Source of the DNA: Isurus oxyrinchus
Taxonomy: Eukaryota
Direction of reading: 5' to 3'
Length of the DNA: 64,000 bases
Assembly (NCBI GenBank): GCA_026770705.1
Contig: JANJGN010000009.1
Span: 164,424,001-164,488,000 of the forward strand
Shown piece by piece: positions 11,845 through 23,300 of the stretch. How positions within the stretch are numbered: position 1 is the stretch's first letter; each line of letters begins with the position of its first letter. The position numbers and the translations under genes are program-made. The notes beneath the pieces were generated by a model. That model worked only from the letters and a program-made list of their open reading frames with translations, was not told where the DNA came from and searched no databases.

Positions 11845-13130
11845 TGGGGGAATTTTTACTGACGAATTTGGATGTATTTGGGAGCGGTTTTGGGTGTGTG
11901 CAGGGAGATATCACTCCTACAAGTTATGGAAGATTAGGATCCCAATATCATCCCAACTCTTTCCAAGTTTCACCCAGGCAGATTTGAAGGCAAATGGGGA
12001 ACCCACATGCAGCTGTCCGGTGTGTTATTTGAATATTCAAGTAGGCAATTAAGAACTGTTTTAATCAGGGATTCTGGGTATAATACCAACAGGCAAGTTT
12101 GCCAAGTTGTGTGGAGCATGGTGGGGTCACCTAGGTGAGTGCACAGTTGCTTCTTCAGTGAAAGTGACGGGCGGGGAAGTCTTTAACAGTGAAAATGAAG
12201 AGTTGCAGCCATGGCCAGGTAGAGGCCACTGTTCATTGCATGCCTTCTCAACGAGTGCCGTCACTACATGTGAGTTAACTGTCAACTTCTTAGAACTCAT
12301 TTCACCTGTCTAGCACTTCACTCACCTCCAGCCTTCATTACAAGCTGGCATGGGCCAGCATTAGAAATTCCACCCTTCCCAGATGGTACAATCAATGCAT
12401 ACAAAGTAATTGCCAACTTTTTGGAAGTTACTTCACCTGTCTGGCACTTCACACACCTCAGGCCTTCAATATGGCATGAGAGCAGCTCTAACTTCCACCT
12501 CTGAGGAAGAGTAAAAGGAGCAACAACAGCAACACTGACACCAACAGCTACACCAGGAGCAACACCACCAGCAGCACCAGCTGCCTTCCTGCCCAGCCAT
12601 GTGCCAGTCCACAAGGCAAAGAGATGGACACAGACATCCAGCTCGAAGAAGGTGAGAACCCAACACAGGGTCTACAGGCAGAAGATCAGTTCTCTCCACA
12701 TGTGTGAGCCGCGATGTCCCAGAAGGTTCAGGTTTTCTCAGCCGGTTGTTACTGATATCTGCAGCCTCCTCCAACATGACTGTCTTCACAGTCGAACAAG
12801 GCCATATTACAGTGGCCATCAAGCTGGTTGTCACTGAAGGGCAAACTCTCCCCCCAACAACTACCTTCCCCCACAACCCCACCTGGGTCTCCACCTCTCC
12901 CAGAAGTTGTGTACTCCCTTCTCCTGCAAGCAGAGAAAGTAGAGAGTTATGAGTATTAGAAATGCTTTGTGTGAACAGGAGGGAAGGACAACGTTTGTGG
13001 AGAGTGACTGTCAAACATGGGTACAAGAGGTCAATAGGACGAGGGTGAGTGTGAGTGTTGGCTGGTCAGTTGTGGATGTGAGGTGCCTGGAGAGAGTGGG
13101 GTGAGCGGAATTACAAATTGTGTTGTCCTG
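11845..13130 (+). mobile_element. Non-autonomous Harbinger remnant, second copy
   Basis: RTQHRVYRQKISSLHMCEPRCPRRFRFSQPVVTDICSLL; colinear with 5300-6380; contains an internal ~125-bp tandem duplication (~12270-12480). Confidence 0.55.
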
Positions 13131-13860
13131 TGCACATCGAGGCCATGCAGAGACACTTCTATTATTTTAAGACATGCATTCAGACATCAGAGTAGTTTGT
13201 GTTCCACTAATTTTTTAGCCTGCAATACAGCAGACAATCAGTATCGAAAGATATTGCAGCTATTGAACTGATGCAGAGGGGACCAATCAAAATGATTGAG
13301 TGGATGGAGGGATTGGATTATGAGGAGCAATCACACAAATTGATCATGTTCTCACTACAGTCGAGACGTGTGAGAAATGTGTGATGACTTGTTTTAGGAT
13401 CATAAAGTTTTGCAGTTGCTTCACTCATCAGTATTCCTGTTAATTAGAAAGCTCTACTGTTTGTTTCTGACCCAGATGAAAATACTTTTCAAACATTCAA
13501 TTTTCCAAAGCAATTGTGAAAAATGACAAATTGCCAAGCTTAGGCCCAAGAACCTCGGTGATGAGCTCACCCTGGCCGACACAAATCACCCTTATAGTCA
13601 CAAAGTGGGGAAAAATCATCTTCACGGATCGTAAGGAATTTCAATCTGGGAGGTAAGGGAGTGATGGACAATGATTCTGGGAGAATTTTGATTGGATGGT
13701 TATTTTCCTGCTCATGAAAATAATTTCCGCAGCTGCTACATTTCTGTTGCCTTGGTGATTGATACAGAAAAGAACATTGTTTTTTATAGGTGTGGGAGAA
13801 AGCTTATAGAAGTACTAATGTGTAAGAAGAGTATAAAACAGTATTGTAAACGAGTACTTA

Positions 13861-16800
13861 AGCCAGAATTTTCCGCTCTGGTTTACAGCCAGCGTGTTTG
13901 GTAACATGAGAGGAAAATATCCCAAGATGGTCCTAGTTGTGTTTCCCGACAATGTAAACCAAGGACGTGATTGTCCCCTCCCCCGTCAGTGGTGGTCCAT
14001 GTTTCCCACCATCCAACATTGGGAACTTAATTTTAATGCATCTGCATCTCAGTATTGCCAAATTTAATTCCCACACCAAATTTAATTCCCACGTCACCGT
14101 GACTTCAGAACGGTGTGATTTAAGACTGCCTTTAAAAGGTGTGCACCTGGTGAGCTGAACTCTAAGGGGAACTTGGAGGGGAGTGCACCCAACACTGCAC
14201 AGCGCTCGCAAAAATGACCCGTAGAACATCATGAAAGAGGCGTTGCTCATTCAGAGGGGGGCACAGGTGAGCCACTTTTTCCCAGCTGGCTTTCACTGCA
14301 GTGCCGGGGCAAGGGCTCCAGTGCGGGTGGGGCCAGAGGGGTCGCAAGGCATCACAGACTGATAGGGGCGCACAAGCACATGCTGACGGGGGAGGGGCAG
14401 GTTGGGCGAGGTGGGGGAAGGTGAGGGAAGCAGCCACGCACTTGTCAAAATTGACCATCCTTCAGCAGCTGAGACTGTTCCCCAGCAGCTCCATTGACAT
14501 GCTTGGAGTTGAGCCCCTGAAACATTTCTGCCCACCCAGGCAATGCAAAAGCATGAATGTGCCACCAAATTCTCCAGATGTTTTCACCCCGAGTGTGCAG
14601 ACTGCTAATTAATGCGGGTTTTAGAGGGCTGCAGAACAACTGGATGAGTGGGCATGTTGCAGAGGTCCCTTGCAAAAGCTGGGCATGGAACAGTCACTGA
14701 TGGAGGTTCTCAGAGCCCCTTGCAATGTATCTATTCAGGTTTGGATCAGTAACCCTCGTGGTTCAGGCTAACAATGCAGCCTTGCAGCGCGGGTTAGGAG
14801 AATGCCTGCGGCTGAGCTGAGAGCACAACATGCAGACTGTCCAAAGCTGCCGCCAATCGGTCTTGACGTGGGGCAGAAGTGGGTGGGGTTTTGGACAGCC
14901 AGGAAGCGCAACACACACAGGCCATCAAAGTGGGGGCCAGCGCTCCCTGACATAGGTGAAGAAGCCTTGAGATGCAGCCGGAGCCAGGGGCTTAACCAAG
15001 GGAGGTCCTTAGGAGATGTATGCAAACCATGCCACCTCTCTCTTTGATAATACAAAAGAAGAACATCAGGACCATGGAGCCTGGTGATCTAGCTGTATGC
15101 CTCATGGCTGACAGGGAGCAGAGAAGGAGACTGCAATGGAGGAGCCTGGCTTAGCAAAGGGAGTGACACCACCCTCAAGATGAGGAGGCAGCAGGGTCAG
15201 GTAAACCAGGAAGCAAGGGCGCTGGGATTTGTGGTGATCCCTGTTTTCCACAGGTGCAGAGTGCAATTGACTGCACTCACGTGGCACTTAGATCTCCATG
15301 GCAACATACATTCCAGTGTGTGAACTGCAAAGGCTTCCACTCACTGAATGATACCCCAGAAGTGTCCACGACTCCTACATTCTCAGCAGGACTCAAGTCC
15401 CTGACATCTTGCAGGGTCCACAGAGGCTGCAGGGTTGGCTCCTTGGGGACAAAGGCTACCCACAGGTAACATGGCTGATGACCCCTGTGGAGCAGCCTCA
15501 GACTGCAACAGAGAGAATCAAAGATTGGCCGGGTGGTTAACAGTGAGGTTGAATGTCTTGGGCTACAGGAAGATATTGACGGGATGGTCAAATGGGCAGA
15601 TAAGTGGCAGATGGAATTTAACCCTGAAAAGTGTGAGGTGATACACTTTGGAAGGAATAATTTGACAAGGAAGTATTCAATGAACGGCACGGCACTAGGA
15701 AATTTTGAGGAACAAAGGGAGCTTGGCGTGTGTGTCCATAGATCTCTGAAGGCAGAGGGACATGTTAGTGGGGTGGTGAAAAAGGTATATGGGACACTTG
15801 CCTTTATCAATCGAGGCATAAATTACAAAAGTAGGGAGGTCATATTGGAGTTGTATAGAACCATGGTGAGGCCACAGCTGGAGTACTGTGTGCAGTTCTG
15901 GTCGTCACATTATAGGAAGGATGTGATTGCACTGGAGGGGGTGCAGAAGAGATTCACCAGGATGTTGCCTGGGATGAAACATTTAAGTTATGAAGAGAGG
16001 TTGGATAGACTTGGGCTGTTTTCATTGGAGCAGAGAAGACTGAGGGACGACCTGTTCGAGGTGTATAAGATTATGAGAGGCATGGACAAGGTGGATAGGG
16101 AGCAGCTGTTCCCCTTAGTTGAAGGGTCAGTCACAAGGGGGCATAAGTTTAAGGTGAGAGACAGGAGATTTAGACGGAATGTGAGGAAAACCTTTTTTCC
16201 CCAGAGGGTGGTGATGGTCTGGAATGCACTGCCTGGGAGGGTGGTGGAGGCGGGTTGCCTCACATCCTTTAAAAAGTACCAGGATGAGCACTTGGCACAT
16301 CATAACACTCAAGGCAATGGGCCAAGTGCCGGTAAATGGGTTTCGCTAGGTAGGTCAGGTGTTTGTCACATGTCGGTGCAGACTCGATGGGCCAAAGGGC
16401 TTCTTCTGCACTGTGATTCTGTGATTCTGTGATGGTACAACGAGGCACATGCCACAACCCGGACTTTGGTGGAGCAAACAATAGGCATATTGAAAATGAG
16501 GGTCCAGAGCATCGACAGGTCTGGTGGAGCGCTGCAATACAGTCCCCAGAGGGTGTTGTGCATCATCATCGCTTGCTGCGGGCTCCACAATCTGGTGCTG
16601 CAACAGGGGGAGGACCCGGCTGAGGAGGGGATGGAAGAGCTTCACGTCTCCTCTGATGAGGAGGATGTCATAGCGGATGATGGGGATGGGGTCCTCGAAG
16701 GCCAGAAGTAGACGGCGCTCTGGTGCTCTTTAAATATGGCAGCGGGAGTGAGGAAGCGCTGAGGTCACGGCACGGTGGGAAAATCCGAGCCAGACCACAA

Positions 16801-16960
16801 GAAATCCGGCGTGTTGCCAGTGCGTGCATTGTTAATGAGGCGAGAAACACCAGGAGGTGGATGATGCAGAGCAAAATCCTGCCATTGCGGCCAGTGAGAG
16901 AAACGTCTTTTTTCACGCCCAGCACCGCACTTATAGTGCAATTCAGGGAAAATTCCAGCC
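13861..16960 (+). mobile_element. Degenerate Harbinger element(s) interrupted by CR1
   Basis: Transposase pieces [24 protein letters not shown] (~15250-15350) and YNEAHATTRTLVEQTIGILKMR..SGGALQYSP..ACCGLHN (16435-16710). TIR-like ends gccagaattttcc and ggaaaattccagcc match only partly. Confidence 0.75.
15510..16434 (+). mobile_element. CR1 LINE 3' fragment (RT C-terminus)
   Basis: ORF 15533..16432: WQMEFNPEKCEVIHFG, VRPQLEYCVQFWSSHY, LFSLEQRRLRDDL, RVVMVWNALP. Ends in a (GTGATTCT)n tail. Confidence 0.92.
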
Positions 16961-17165
16961 AGAGAGTTTACCATAAATATGTCTAAAAATGAAACCAATA
17001 ATACTTATATTTAAATATAAACATTACTCATATTTAAAATTTATATCAAATTCTCTTGAATATTATGAAGGGTAAGGTCCCCCAAAGATTTGGAACCATA
17101 ACCCAGTCCTTTAATCAGGTTGGCGGCACAAATGCAGCATCTGCAGTTGGCCCCAGACCTATCTC

Positions 17166-17221
17166 TGACTCATTGTGAAAGAGGAAGTGCTCAATGAGAT
17201 TGCAAAATGAATAAGGAAGTG
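17166..17221 (+). promoter_or_regulatory. Putative myeloid promoter of gene B: AP-1, PU.1, C/EBP and ETS sites
   Basis: TGACTCA 17166-17172, AAAGAGGAAGTG 17178-17189, ATTGCAAAAT 17199-17208 and AAGGAAGTG 17213-17221, ~90-150 bp upstream of the ATG; no TATA box evident. Confidence 0.7.
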
Positions 17222-17312
17222 GCAATTGGAAAAATAACTGTCTTAAACAGAGCCTAGCTAAAATACAATGTCTGGGCAGAGAGACTTCACCCACCAGAAA
17301 CAGTGCAGAACC

Positions 17313-17352
17313 ATGGAATTAATTACTCTCTTGATTCTAATGCCTGCATCAA
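17313..17352 (+). CDS. Gene B exon 1, signal peptide
   Basis: Strong Kozak gaaccATGG; [13 protein letters not shown] plus A|gtaagt donor, phase 1, matching the Ig exon. Same 40-nt size as the gene C leader. Confidence 0.8.
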
Positions 17353-20300
17353 GTAAGTCTCTTTTCTTTCAACAAAGTCTTGATCTTTGGTATTAATAAA
17401 ATCATTTTTGTAATCAGAGCTGTTGAATTTTTGCTGTCACCAGTAGTTTTGCTGATGTGAGCTAAAGAGAAGCCACTCATGGTTTTGCAAGTTCATGTTG
17501 TGAATTCCGTCAGCTTCTGCAGTATCTTTAATCCGTCTTTGCTTCTTTCTGCGTTTCCCACAGGATCTGAATCTTTGTATCTCTCTCCTCCCTGAAACGT
17601 GAGCTCCTTATCAATGACGAGAGACTAACCACATGGGTTTTTTTTGAGGTTTATAACAACAGGTTCTATTCGATAGCACCTTGAACTTAGCTAAAGCACC
17701 CAAGGAGCTTCACATTGTGTTCCCTCAGCAGGTGGTGTAGAAAAATGGAACATCTCCAGCACATTAGATTCTTAAAAGGCAGACAGTGGCGGGCGTGCAC
17801 AGACCACCGGGTCCAATGGTAACCCGGCATCCTGCTTAAATGATGGCCTGGCAGCCTTTGTAATGCTGCTCACAATGGCCAGTGCAAGGCCACAGCAGAG
17901 AGGGTCCAGTGAGCAGGCCAGGCCGGAGGGGAGGGCCTTTGTTTTTCTGATGCCTGCCTTGCTGCCCTCCTCGAGGAGGTGGCAGCACGGTGGGAGGTGT
18001 TGGTCCCCCAGGATGGGAGGAGGAGGCTCCACCACATGACGAAACGTGCCTGGGAAGAGGTGGCGGAGGTGGTGAGCTCCCGCGATGTGGTGCAGTGCAC
18101 CTGGATCCAGTGTCACAAACACTTCAACTATTTGTTGCGCTCTGGCAGGGTGAGGACCATGTTGGCATTGGGCATTTCACCCAGCAGGTCAGCCTACCCA
18201 CTCCCTTGCTGCACCCACCTCCCCCCCACACCCCCTCAAGTCCGAATGTCGTGACAGCATTGAATCATTGACGGGATTTGTCCTTAGCTGGCTGGGCCAG
18301 CAGATATTGCCCATGCTGAGGTCACCCTGAGAGGGTGATGAGGAGATGGGTTTTGCCCCCGCAGCATGTGTTACACTGAGTCCCACATGACTGGTTTGGG
18401 GGCAACCTGGAGGAGCTGTACCTAGGCGCTGTGTTAGAACTCCAGGTCATGTCCTAGTCAGGGTGGTGAGATGGTGGGAGGGGAGATTCAAGGTGACGTG
18501 GCAACAAACCATCTGCTGCCCTCTGCGCTCCACGTGCTTGCGCCTCCTTGCTTTGGAAGGATATACCGTGTGGTGCCTAATGTGATGTAGGCAGCATGTG
18601 GCCAAGGGGAGGTGGTGTGGGGGTGGGGAACAGGCCTTGCATCTTTGTGTGAGTGTTCGGCTGCAGCGGGGTGTGGGGTCACTGGAGCAATGAGATGTCC
18701 CACTCTGGTTGGGGTGGGCCGAGCGTGAACAGAGTCCGTGTGCAATTTGCACAAATCAATGCTCTTCTCTCATCTTCAGGAGAAGAATGTTCATAACGCG
18801 GCCGAGTGTGTGAGGACTGGAGGCGGCCAGGCCCAGCTCACCATACTAAGCTGCTTCGAGCAGGAGGCCCTGGATCTGGAGAGGCGCCATGCAACCTGGT
18901 CCACTGGTGTCGGTGAGGCTGGGGTGCCACGGCCAGGTATTTATGCCCAACAGTGAGGTCAGCATTGTCCTCCCAACAGCCAGAGCGCTGCTGAATGTTA
19001 AATTAGTTAATTTAGCAACATTGCTGGACCGTTGGTTATGGAAGGATGGGCGCATAATGATATGGGGGACGGGGATGAACTTTATCATTGTCTCCACACT
19101 AAGTGATCCACTGTCCTTGTTCTTCCTTTAGGCATCAGCAGAGGAGGAGCAGCAGAAACCCCCCTTTCACTTCTGAGGGGTCTGAAGTCTCACCAGCGTC
19201 ACACCATCTCTGCCAGGCAGGCACCAGCACAGATACTAGCACCTCGACTGGAATTGCAACATCGGCTAGTGTCCTGGGGCACAGCGTTGAGGGCACTTCA
19301 CAATCGCTGGAGGAGCTGGCAGAGACAGAGAGTGCCCATGGAGGCAGCAGTTGGAGGACAGCAGGGGACCAGGCACATGCTCAGTCGGTGCCTGATGATG
19401 GGTCTCTGGAGTCGTCCGCAATGCAGCAGGTGCAGGAAATGCGGCCGAGTGTGTGGGAGCATCTGGGGGAGATACATGAGGCTATGCTTGGCTTGGAGTC
19501 TGTGCTGGAGGATTCTACGTGGACGATCGCCGCAGCAATGAACCTCATGTCCGAGTGCCATGTGACCTCCATGGACAGATGGTGAGTCTCTTGGAAAGCC
19601 TACTCCAGGAGACCCGCCAGGGCTTCCTGGAGATGTGCTCTGACCAGCAAACCCTTACATCAGCATTGACCTCAGCTGGTCAGTGCCAGTGTGGGAGAAG
19701 GTGTGGGCATCAAGTGTCCCAGCTCGGTCCCCATCCATCCTCGGTGAGCAGGGAGGTGCGACATGATCTCACAGTAGTGCAGCAGCTGCCTGTCATCTCT
19801 GTGGGCACCTCTCAGGGCGCTCCGGGTGAGGGCACCAGCTCCTCCTCCCCTCTCCCAGTGACTGCATCTTCCGGTGAGGCTACGGTGACTGGGGAGGTGC
19901 CAGCTGCAGAACATGCAGCTCCTTCCCAGGCGGGGCCAGCACAGGCTCCATGGGCCAGAGGACAACCGCCAAGGTCATCGAGGCCAACAGGACAGCAGAG
20001 ATCTGGGGGATACTGGAGTGCACCCCCTGAGTGGTCCAGGATTCAGAAGCTCTTCTTGAGAAGACCGACGGCTCTCTCCACCACAGCCCTTGTGGAGACG
20101 TGACTCCTATTGTAGCGCTGCTCAGCCTCTGTTCTTGGATGGTGGAGAGGCGTCATGAGCCACCTTCTGAGGGGATAGCCCTTGTCACCCAGCAGCCATC
20201 CATCCAGCCGGGCTGGAGCACTGAAGAGCCCCGGCACCTGGGAGTGTCTGAGGATGTAGGCGTCGTGGGAGCTGCCTGGGTACCTTGCACAGACTTGCCG

Positions 20301-23300
20301 AACCTGCATCCTATGGTCACACATTATCTGCACGTTCATGGAGTGGAAGCCCTTCCTGTTGACAAAGGCACCGGGCTCACCGCTGGCGCCTTGATGCCCA
20401 CATGTGTACAGTCTATAGCACCCTGGACACGGGGGAACCCAGTAATCGCTGCAAAACCTCTGGCTCGCTCAGCCTGGCTGGCCTCGTCCATATAGTAAAG
20501 AATAAATGTCGGTACCCGCCTGAACAGAGCTTCAGTCACCAGCTTGATACAGCTGTGGACAGCTGATTGGGAGACTCCACACAGATCCCCCACTGACCCC
20601 TGGAAAGAGCCAGAGGCATAGAAGTTGAGGGCCACTGTGACCTTCAGAACCACTGGCATGGGGTGTCCACCTGAACAATTGGAGTTGATCTCAGGGCCGA
20701 TCATCTGACAAATGGAGGTCACTGTCTCCCTTGAGAGACGAAGCCTCCTTCGGCATTGCACCTCGGGCATATTGAGGTAGATGCATCGCCGCCTGTAAAC
20801 CCTGGCAGCAGGATAGTGGCATCTTCTGTGGCCCATTCCGCCTTGGACAACCCGCTGGCCATGCGTCCCTTGTGCCTGCGCCTCTCCTCCCACAGGTCCC
20901 TCCCCTGGAGGCTGCATTGGGACACTTGGCCTCCTCTCCCTTCAGCCCCTCTCTTCCTCTTCAGAGGAGGGGCCTCCAGCAGAGACCACAATCCCCAAAG
21001 CCAGGGCAAGGGAAGGCTGTCTGATACCTGGAAGGGTCCACACGGTCTGAATCCTCCGGAGTGCTGGAAGACAGCACTGTGTCCTGAAATGAGGCCTGGA
21101 AATGCTAAGAAAAAGCCTCAAACAGAGATGAAGCTATCAAGTTCAGAGAAACACACAGCTGCAAACTGCCTCCAAAACTGCTCACTACTCACACTGGAAA
21201 TGCTGCTGACGCTTTTTATGCCGTCCTTGGATGAGGTTTGAGGAAATGTCGGCTGGCCGCCTGCCTGTTTTGTCTTGCGATGAGCAGAAAATCGGACGGG
21301 CAACATAACATCACAGACCATTGGACTGTTCAGGGCCTGAAGTAACTTGTTACTTAATGGCGGCCGCCGCTCCGAAACCCGCGCATGCCCAGTGAGCGAG
21401 TAATCTCAAGAGTGCACGATGACGTCGGGACACTTGCTCACCATCATCGCACACTATTTTACTCTCGTTCGAGGCGGGTGCGCACCCACCCCAAGAGGGA
21501 ATCGTTCTGCCCCTGGTGTTCCTGTAAAGCGGGTGCTCACTGCCTGGCTCTGCCCATTTTCTGGTTCCTGTTGGAGAACAGCTCGGGTAGTTTGACAGCT
21601 CAATTATTGATTAGGCTAAATATTGGTACAGTGTCTATTTAAACACGATACTGTGTTGGATATCATGCCCACACTGAAATTATGCCCCTTTACTTAGTGC
21701 CCAATACATGCAAAGAACGCATGAATTATACTTGTAGGAGCAACTTTGCAAGGTACTTTGAGGTCAGCGATCTGCAAAATGTACACTAACTGAATATTAT
21801 TTCTAACAGACAGTATATTGCCCTTAGTTCTTAACAGTCACCTACAGAGAAGTGTTGGCAACAGCCTCAAATCAGGTCAACTGCCCGTCCTCTTTAACTA
21901 GGGAAATTGTAAAGGGACAGTTAATAGGACAGGAAAAATCTAATGAGACTGCAATTTTCACCAGAGACATCTGTTATATCAGTGAAAAGCAGCGGCTGGA
22001 TTTTTATTTCCCGCGCTGAGTAAACCCATGTTGGGTGGAGCATGCAGGGCCGCAGTTTTATACCTGCCTGTCCGTTCCCACCACCTGTAATTTCCCATGC
22101 TCTGAGAAATGGGCAGACTGAGAAAACCTGTAAGAAGGAATGAAGGAATTAGTTTCATTTTCAAGTTTCTTGTTGAGTATTTTCAATACAATCCATGTAA
22201 ATAAGGAAAATAAATCAATAATGACATCAGGAATTTTATCTGAATGCTCTGGTTTTGGAAAATCTGGCCCCACAAACAGCTCACAGCAGGAAACCAGAGG
22301 CCTGCATCTCGGGGAAACTGGTTACAAAAGCTGTGTATACACAGTGATTTGTGTAACCGTGTTGGTGGAATGAGACTCAGTGTGAGCAATCTGATATTAA
22401 AAAGTGGAATCGGATCTGTTATGGCACAGGAGATTGTCATAACAATGGAATAGAAGTGTTTGTTTAGTTGAATATTGTTTTCGTTGATCCTGGTAGAGTT
22501 ATTAATAATCTTTCATTATTAATATCCCAACAGGTTTGCAACATTTAATTGGACCCAAGAAGGTTCATGGAGCATTAGGAGGATCGGTCACTGTGAAGTG
22601 TCAGTATGACCTGGAGTACAAGGACCATGTTAAACAATGGTGTAAAGGCAGTTATTCCATCTTAACTGGATGTTCTGTTGTGGTTTCTACTGAAAAACCA
22701 AAAAGAGCAAGAGTATCACTGGCTGATAACAAAACACAAGGGATATTTTCAGTAACCATGGATCACCTAATTAAGAGTGATGAAGGACAATACTGGTGTG
22801 TGATAGTAAGACCAGGAATTAAATTTAATGAAAAGGTTTCTATTGAATTAGAAGTTTCTGAAGGTAAGAGGACAAACGCATTTCTATTTAGTTTATTCTA
22901 CTCAAATTTAAACATTGAATTCAGAAATACTCACTGATCCAATCAGAGGACCAGCAGCTCAACAGCCTTGGCAGTGTCATCAAGAGCTGTGGCTACTGCT
23001 GATGCAACAGGAGGAACAAGGGATTGACCCCAAGCTGATGCACCATCAAAGCCAAAGATGTTTTTACCAAGCTGGGGTCAAGTAGGTAGGCCTCACCAAT
23101 CGGGAGAATGCACAGTCCATCAGGGACACTCTAGCCTTGGAGCTGATTGTTCCTGCTGGTGGGCCCCTCCATGAGCCTTGGGAAGCTATACAGGGGGTGG
23201 GGGTTTCCCCTCCCAGGGAACCCACTGGGAAAGCAATCAGGCCTCATCTGGCAGTCTCCACATCAACTGCTCCCAATATCAGGAAAATGCTGACGGGGGC

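Larger units (their letters stand above)
17775..21513. mobile_element. PIF/Harbinger DNA transposon (degenerate, internally deleted) in gene B intron 1
   Basis: Convergent Myb/SANT-like gene (+) and DDE transposase (-). Right end aatcgttctgccc resembles the GGGCAGAATTTT TIR family. Absent from the homologous intron of gene A. Confidence 0.88.

Noticed and set aside
15533-16432. Longest ORF (299 aa) as a host gene
   Set aside because: It is the C-terminal part of a CR1 reverse transcriptase ending in the CR1 tandem tail, and it is 5' truncated.
20043-20917. Domesticated HARBI1 gene
   Set aside because: It is frameshifted and truncated, paired with a Myb-like gene and a TIR-like end, and related fragments occur elsewhere in the window, so it is a transposon copy.
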